64,000 nt of DNA, from the NCBI GenBank assembly GCA_964016885.1, contig OZ024743.1, forward strand, positions 340,318,001 to 340,382,000. The letters run 5' to 3'. The translations under genes were made by a program, and so were the position numbers. Below are positions 56,727 through 64,000 of this stretch, one piece after another (positions within the stretch are counted from its first letter, which is position 1; each line of letters starts with the position of its first letter). The notes beneath the pieces are model-generated. The model ran no database searches and had not been told where the DNA came from. It worked only from the letters and a program-made list of their open reading frames with translations. Origin of the DNA: Eledone cirrhosa. Its lineage: Eukaryota.

Positions 56727-59700
56727 ATATATATATAGGAACCAGTAAGACCCCGACGGCTGAGCTCACGCCGTTTCGACGGCTAATTCTGAATTAGCCG
56801 TCGAAACGGCGTGAGCTCAGCCGTCGGGGTCTTATTGGTTCCTATTACCCACTCTACTACCCTAAGTATTGAGTACTTTGGTGCGTTATTGGTCCACCTG
56901 GTTCCTTACCACATTTCCTTCGTTATATATATATATATATATACACACACACATACATACTTATATATACATACATATATGTATATATATATATATATAT
57001 GCTTATATACACACACACACATATATATATATATTTACATACTTACAGCCGAAGGTAATACATAATAATTGTTTCTACTTTAGGCACAAGGCCAGCAATT
57101 ACCCAGTGCATTACTGGTAACGTTGGTTAGTATTATATTAATTTATATTTGGTCTTTGATTGATTCCACCGAACATATTTACTGATTTGAAATCATATCA
57201 ATTACTTGCTTAAAATATGCCTAGATAAAGTATTATGAATGTCCTACTGATGCTATAGATCCCTACTTTTTCAAAACCCAGCGCTTGATAATACCATCCA
57301 CGCCATCTAGCTTGGATAATCAACCTTTAGAAATTAAAAGAAAATTTATATTTTATAACATTGATGGAAATAATATATTTTTAATCAACAATTATCAAAA
57401 TATGATCAGCTATTTTTCCATTAATTCGTTCTGCAGGTGTAGGCATGACGGCGTGTTTAAGCAATTTGATTCGCACCCAAGTTATTATGTGTTCAATTTT
57501 ACTGTTTGTTATGTAGGGCAAGGGTTTTTGCCCGTAAATTTGTGTTTTTTTTAAATATAATTCAAAAGCTGTATTTATATCTCCATTAACTTTACTTCAA
57601 ATCTTCTATACGCAGCATTCTAGTATAAATATTTGTTATTTGATTAATTACGCTCCAAATGAATGCAGGCCATCCAAATTAGATTGACCATATCAGCTAT
57701 ATTCTACACCCTGCTTGATATATATAGCGTTGCTATACTAATATGGCACTGTAAAAAGAATCATAGGAGTAGTTATCTTTTCATAAGAAAGAGAAATATT
57801 CGAAATGCACAGAGGTAATCTCATGTTTTTTCTGAGTACAGATCTTTTTCACTTCATTTTTCTTCACAGCGAAGGCTTCTAACTTAATATATATATTAGT
57901 TTTAGCTGTTATTGTTTTATCTCGACAATCGCAACAGGTAAAGTTAAGTCCATATAAAAATATTCTTTTTTTTCTGTGTTGTACTGCACACCGGGCAGTC
58001 ATTTCGCCGTTTCGGTAGCATATTACTTTTTCTATGAAAAGAGTTTGTTAGCCCCTTGTTCAACTGTTTTCCATTTCCGGAGAAAAAGATGCTGTGACTG
58101 GTCTCCTACGACCCTTTTCACGCCCCAACGCAGACAATTTCGAGATAGATGAAAATACTTCCTCCCTTGACTGTAATTTATTTATCGACCACGAAGGGAT
58201 GAAAACCAAAATTTCTCTTGGTGACATTTTAACTTAGATGGCAAAAGGTTAGAACAAATACTACAAGGAATTCTATCCAACTCCTAACGATTTTGTCATT
58301 TCACAGTCCTTTAGAAATGTGTACTGTATAATTAATGCCCAACAGGAAAATGAAGTATGTCAGTTGACCGTCAGTGGACATGCTTGTATTTTGTTGTCTC
58401 CTCAAATGAGTAATTATATGCCTCATTAATACTCATGATGTAGTGTAATATGTCGTTTACAGGAAGTGTCGTGCAGTGAAGTATGATTGAAATCGAAATC
58501 ACGTATTTGTGAAGTGAACGTCTTAAAAACATATTCATGTCGGCGCCCATTATAACGAAAATTTGACATTATAGATTAGGAAAGTTTTATCGCTACACTG
58601 AAAAGCTAAATATTATAAGCTTAAGTAAATCAATAGAAAAACAACAATAACGGTTTAAAGAAAACCTAGAATACACAAATCAATATACAAACACGTTTTA
58701 CATAAATTATTATCTTCTTAATTTACACAGATTTTATATATTATAAATACCAATTGGCTATTGAAAAATAAACGGATCTACTTTCTTTAATGTCTGAATT
58801 TGTGCTTTTGACATATATAATATAACTTCAAAATATTCTTATCATACTTATGAATTATTTCTTACACATATGCTGCCTATTAGTATTGTTATAAAGTTAA
58901 ATATATATATATATATATAAAGTAAATGTCAATAGTATTCTATTTAACTATTTTCGTAGTTATTCTTCATTCAAAACAAAACATTTTTCCTCTCTATATA
59001 AATTTACATCTCAAATGCACAGTTTAAAGTCACAAAAATATAAAATATATTGAAATCTTGCATATTTTAATGATATTTTTCTGAATTTAATTAAAATGCG
59101 GAAAAACGTTACGTAATAAAGTATGCAACAATTAATCACTCGTATATTTTAATTATATTCTCTTATCCTTTTATATTTAATGTAAGTAGGGAAAAGCGAG
59201 TAAGAATGTTATGGCTTTTATAATTTGAAAAACGTCTATAGGCATCTTAAATACATTTTGATTTTTGAAGATATATACAAATTGTTGATTTGAGAAATGT
59301 AATGTATGCAGTTCATTTTCTTGTCGTCTCTCCATATTCTTAGTTCATTTACCTATCAGTATTTATACTGTTATTATCTGTTATATGTTGGTTTAACTTA
59401 GAATCTAATCTTTTTAATATTACGGATAAATCTGTTCTAAAAAAAAATAATCTTCTCGTATTTAAACTGCTATTATTTGTTATATGTTCGTTTAACTTTT
59501 CAATAATACGGATAAATCTGGCGGACCTTTCTAAAAATAATCTTCTCGTAAACTTTCCCACCCCCGTCCTCACACACCACCATTGCTATATGTTCCAATC
59601 ATAATTCAGCGGTTTATAGTAAGTTTCTCTTACCAATCTCTATCACAAAGCCACCGCCTCAGCTATTACTCCTTAAGTTTAGACCTGGTTGCTTTTCGAT

Positions 59701-59749
59701 ATGTTAAATGGACTACAGAATTTGGAGAGTCTGAACAATCTGAACACTC

Positions 59750-60410
59750 AATGACAATGTCAAAGATAAAGATAAATTCACCTCCTACCGCCGGGCAGAA
59801 TGCAAGGATTCCTCTTTATTTCAGACATGGATGGCCAACATAATTCCATCTCCCACACCCCTCCCTGCGCCTCTAACCCATCCCTTCCACCCACCCAACG
59901 AAATCCAAAACTTCAGAGTTGGTACCATGAATGTAGCCACTTTGAAAGGTCGCTTAAACGAGGTTGTAGAGATGATTGAACGTAAGGAAGTTGATGTTTG
60001 TTGTGTTTAAGAGATTAGGTGGAGGGGTGGGTCTGCTAGATTAATTGTGGGTAAAAAACAATGCTATACAGTTCTCTGGGTGGGAGATGACAATGGACTG
60101 GGTGGAGTAGGCGTTATGTTAGCAGAAAAAAGGGTAGATAAGGTAATTGCCGTAAATAGAGTGAACGACAGAATAATTAAAATAAGACTAGTCCTAAATA
60201 GAACTACTGTGACAATAATATCCGCTTATGCACCCCAATCTGGCCTGCCTGACGTTATAAAAGACAGGTTCTATGAGTCGCTAATGCTCAATACCTCCCA
60301 AATAACCGACAGTGACTACATAATTATTGCTGGTGACCTAAATGGTCATGTTGGACAACATTGTGATGACTATGACGGAGGCTATGGGTTTGGTACTAGA
60401 AATGAGGATA
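59750..60410 (+). mobile_element. RTE-clade LINE fragment (APE endonuclease N-terminal part, decayed)
   Basis: FRVGTMNVATLKGR..DVCCV*EIRWRG..GVGV..DRII..ISAYAPQ..GDLNGHVG..GFG.RN. Confidence 0.85.
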
Positions 60411-61999
60411 TAGTAGGCGGAATTTGCTCATAGTTTCACGTCCATATTTGTGAGTCTTTTTAAGGGATACGTGCCTATGAGTGTGCACAAATGTATAATG
60501 TTACGATCTCATCAATACATACTCTCCTTAAGAAAACAAGCTGGATTTTGACAAAAAGGAACGACAGGGAAAGTATAAGGAATTCTAATCACTCATTGGC
60601 TAATAATAAAAATTAATTTCCCTTGTTCAGAAAATAGTGTTCACTTATATATACAATGAAGTAGCGTAGTTAGTAACGAAATATTCACCATAATATGAAA
60701 CCTTTTACTTTAAATATGAATTGTTACCAGTTGATTGCCTTAAAACGGGTGATAGATTAGGTCTATCATCCACGTAATTTGCAAGTATTAAAGCATTCCC
60801 AGATATTTCATACTCACCGTTTTGAACATTGATTGAAAAGACATATGGCTGATGGCGTTCCAGCGTTGAGTATCCTTTTCTAAAATTCAATCAGCATATC
60901 TAGTACTACATCATCCGACGTAACCTTCCTTTTCTTAAGGCAATTGGGTGTCATTTAAGAGAGAATTGCCTGCTATGTCTAGTTGGTAGAACGAACATAT
61001 AGCGGTATCCATGATGGCTCGTTTTGCTTCTTTTCTATGGTATTATGATGTACGATTTGATCGACTTTATTTCTATATAATGTACTGTCAGATATAATAC
61101 GTCTAGGAATATAGAGAAGATTGACAATAGAGAGAAAAATATTAATATGAAAATACCAACATCACAAAATAGATACGAATAATATATCCTCCTACTTCAT
61201 ATCAGCAGGAAATCATTTCTGTTTCCCCCAATCGGCCGACGCGTGTATTTAAACTATTACTCTCTGGGAACGCTCAAGCTTATGATGCAAGCGAATATCA
61301 CGACCTTACCTGATTGGTTTTATTGAAAAGATTGATTAAATATTGATTCATACGCTTGCTTTGTCTGTTTGATGAATAAAAATCTGACCTCTAACCCATG
61401 AAAATAACCATGTAAAGAGGAATAATCGCTGGAGAAATTATTAGAGATGGAGTGATTTAGGGATGATAGCAGCTCTCATGTAAACAGTGATAAAATGAGT
61501 CAGCATGGAGAACCAGTCGAGTGTGAGAAACATTTATGTGGTCATTTCACCTACAAGTAATAGCAAGAAAATATATCTCGGTACAAAATACAAGCAACAA
61601 AATTACAATGTTGTCAGTGTTATAAGAGAACGGTTCCTTAGATATGAAAATATTTGTTCATTTTCGGCCCTCCCCACAAATAAACAACAAAAATAAACCA
61701 AAAAACAACATCTACAAACAAAACAAAACAAAACAAAACAACAAAAACAACAACAAAAGTAAACAAAAAACAACAACAAACAAACTAGAAATGAAAAAAA
61801 ATTATCTTGACTTTGCTAACGTAGCTTTTGATTTCTAAGAATGAAAGAAGTTCTCACTCTCTGTATATATATATATTAAGTATTAATTCAACTATAATAT
61901 TTAATCTCGCATCGGTAAGCATTGAGCACGCTGAACTTTGTCTAAGGCAGCTAACATACTATATCATAGTTCATTCTCCTCTATTCTAATGATATTTGA

Positions 62000-62064
<65 letters not shown>

Positions 62065-62065
62065 T

Positions 62066-62104
<39 letters not shown>

Positions 62105-62130
62105 TAAAATAACAGATTAAAGTTTATTAT

Positions 62131-62176
<46 letters not shown>

Positions 62177-62545
62177 GAAAGTATGTATGTATACGTACAT
62201 ACATATATGTATACAGACGTACAGTAGTATGTATATATATACATACATGCACATATATATATATATGCACGTATCGGTTTACCGAACATTTATTATAATG
62301 GCCTAAACACTGTACGGTGTAATTCGGGCTGTTTGTTTGTTTACAAACAAACAAACCGAGCATTATAATAAATGTTCGGTAAACCGATACGTGCATATAT
62401 ATATGTGTGCATGTATGTATATATATACATACTACTGTACGTCTGTATACATATATGTATGTACGTATACATAGATACATACTTACATTTAATTAACTGC
62501 CGTACTAAGAGTGAGAAATGAAATTTCGTTTCATTCTATTCCATT

Positions 62546-62615
<70 letters not shown>

Positions 62616-62646
62616 AAATTAAAATATGGTTAAAATAGTGCATATA

Positions 62647-62713
62647 TTTTATTATGCGCATTTCAAAAACAAATATCATCCTGGGACGATAGTTGCGTTC
62701 TCATCAGATAAAA
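62647..62713 (-). ncRNA. Type I hammerhead ribozyme
   Basis: UUUUAU/AUAAAA, CUGAUGA, a long imperfect stem II, GAAAUGCGCAUA (AUGCGCAU palindrome). Confidence 0.78.
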
Positions 62714-63357
62714 TAAGGTAACATGATATGATGCCTAAAAAAAAACACTTGTGAACAAGAATGTTGACTGGGCACTTTCTTGTTCACAAGTGTTTTTTTA
62801 GGCATCATATATATATATATATTAACAGTTTTATTCTTGAGAAATCATCAGGAATATAGATGAGATTCCTGAATATATATATATAAGATATAGAGCTTAG
62901 CTTTGTTTACAAACAGCGGAGAATTTTGTCATGATACCCAAAGATATATATATCAGAATTGGTGCTCTGAAATAGCGATATTTATATGAATGTATATATA
63001 GTGTATTTTGCAATACACTGTATGCCTAATTAAAAGCATTTTGAAGACCTTACGCTATTGTTTTAAAGTAGTAACTATTCTAATTTTCAATTTTTGCTGG
63101 ACCAGCAACCGCTCTGTATAATCAGTTCCTGATTACTACTGGAATTCTATAAGAATCCAACATTCATAATTTCCAGCAGGTAAGAGGAGTGCTAAGCTCT
63201 GAGCAGTACCAACAGTACAAAACAGAGATCTGTCAGCTTATCTGCCTTTCTTTGCTGAAAAAAGATGTAAGTCACATAGTCACTACTTTAAAACAATAGC
63301 GCAAGGTCTTCAACATGCTTTTAATTAAGCATACAGTGTATTGCAAAATACACTATA

Positions 63358-63745
63358 ACGGAGGCACATGGCTTAGTGGTTAGAGCATTGGCCTTGCAAT
63401 CGAAAGGTTGTGAGTTCAATTCTCAGACAGGGTGATGTGTTGTTTCCTTGAGCAAGACACTTTATTTCACATAGCTCCAGTTTACTCAGCTGTAGAAATG
63501 AGATGATAGGGACTGCGGTCCCTATCATTCCACAGCAAAGTGGCCGTGGAGGTGCCACAGCAAAAAGCACCCAACCCACACTGTAAAGTGGACGTGTAGG
63601 CGCCACGGAAAAAAGCACCCAACACTCACTGTAAATGAGGTTGGTGTCAGGAAGGGCATGCAGCTGTAGAAATCAAGCCAGAATCAGTTCCCGTCACACC
63701 CCTGCAAGCAGGGAAAAGCGGGGGTAAAATGATGATGATGATGAT
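63358..63745 (+). mobile_element. tRNA-derived SINE (family 2) with a (GAT)n tail
   Basis: A box TGGCTTAGTGG, B box GTTCAATTC and a 3' (GAT)n. Confidence 0.85.
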
Positions 63746-63895
63746 ACATTCATATATATATATATTGCTATTTCAGAGCACCAATTGTAATTTTCAATTT
63801 TTGCTGGACCGGCAACCTGTATAATCAGTTACTGATTATTACTGGAAATCTATAAGAAACCAACATTCATAATTTTCAGCAGGCAAGGGGAGTGC

Positions 63896-63943
63896 TAAGC
63901 TCTGAGGAGTACCAACAGTACGAAACAGAGATCTGTCAGCTTA
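63896..63943 (+). ncRNA. Type I hammerhead ribozyme (intact core)
   Basis: UAAGCU/AGCUUA, CUGAGGA, GUAC-CAACA-GUAC, GAAACAG-AGAU-CUGUC. Cut after C63937. Confidence 0.9.
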
Positions 63944-64000
63944 TCAAAATACACTATATACACATTCATATATATATATATTTATATATATATATATAAT

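Larger units (their letters stand above)
62955..63980. mobile_element. ~320-bp-unit retrozyme-like tandem/foldback related to the 310-bp family, interrupted by a SINE
   Basis: Shares GCTCTGAAATAGCGATAT, CATTTTGAAGACCT and GGACCGGCAACC blocks with the 310-bp unit. HHRs at 63193-63240 (mutated) and 63896-63943. Confidence 0.82.

Noticed and set aside
62821-62860. Additional hammerhead on the minus strand (CUGAUGA-UUUCUCAAGAAU-AAAAC)
   Set aside because: G12 is lost and the 3' side is truncated by (TA)n, leaving only a remnant.
63360-63430. tRNA gene
   Set aside because: A and B boxes are present, but there is no proper acceptor stem and the sequence continues into a SINE body and tail.

Overview
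AT-rich, repeat-saturated eukaryotic DNA. The (TA)n/(CA)n/(TATC)n microsatellite load and the tRNA-derived SINE types resemble an octopus or other coleoid genome (inference). No host gene is firmly supported. Identified content: (i) four Tx1/L1-clade LINE copies from two families, one sitting in (TTA)n and one in (TATC)n, including one uninterrupted ~1150-aa EN-RT ORF2; (ii) an R4/Dong-like RLE LINE fragment in the same (TTA)n tract; (iii) four Penelope-like (RT/GIY-YIG) fragments, two RTE fragments, a probable solo LTR and several SINEs. The main signal is non-coding. Reading both strands by hand gives about 30 hammerhead ribozyme (HHR) motifs from roughly 15-20 unrelated families, almost all inserted in (TA)n. 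They include a 310-bp retrozyme-like tandem array, partial tandems of 430, 531, 620, 703 and ~320 bp each carrying one HHR per unit, U3-A8 and U4C core variants, HHRs with very long stem II inserts, and a covariation-supported, non-circularly permuted (multi-pseudoknot) HHR. Every foldback insertion whose strand I could assign has its two ribozyme-sense arms pointing outwards. All folds were made by eye, and catalytic activity is untested.
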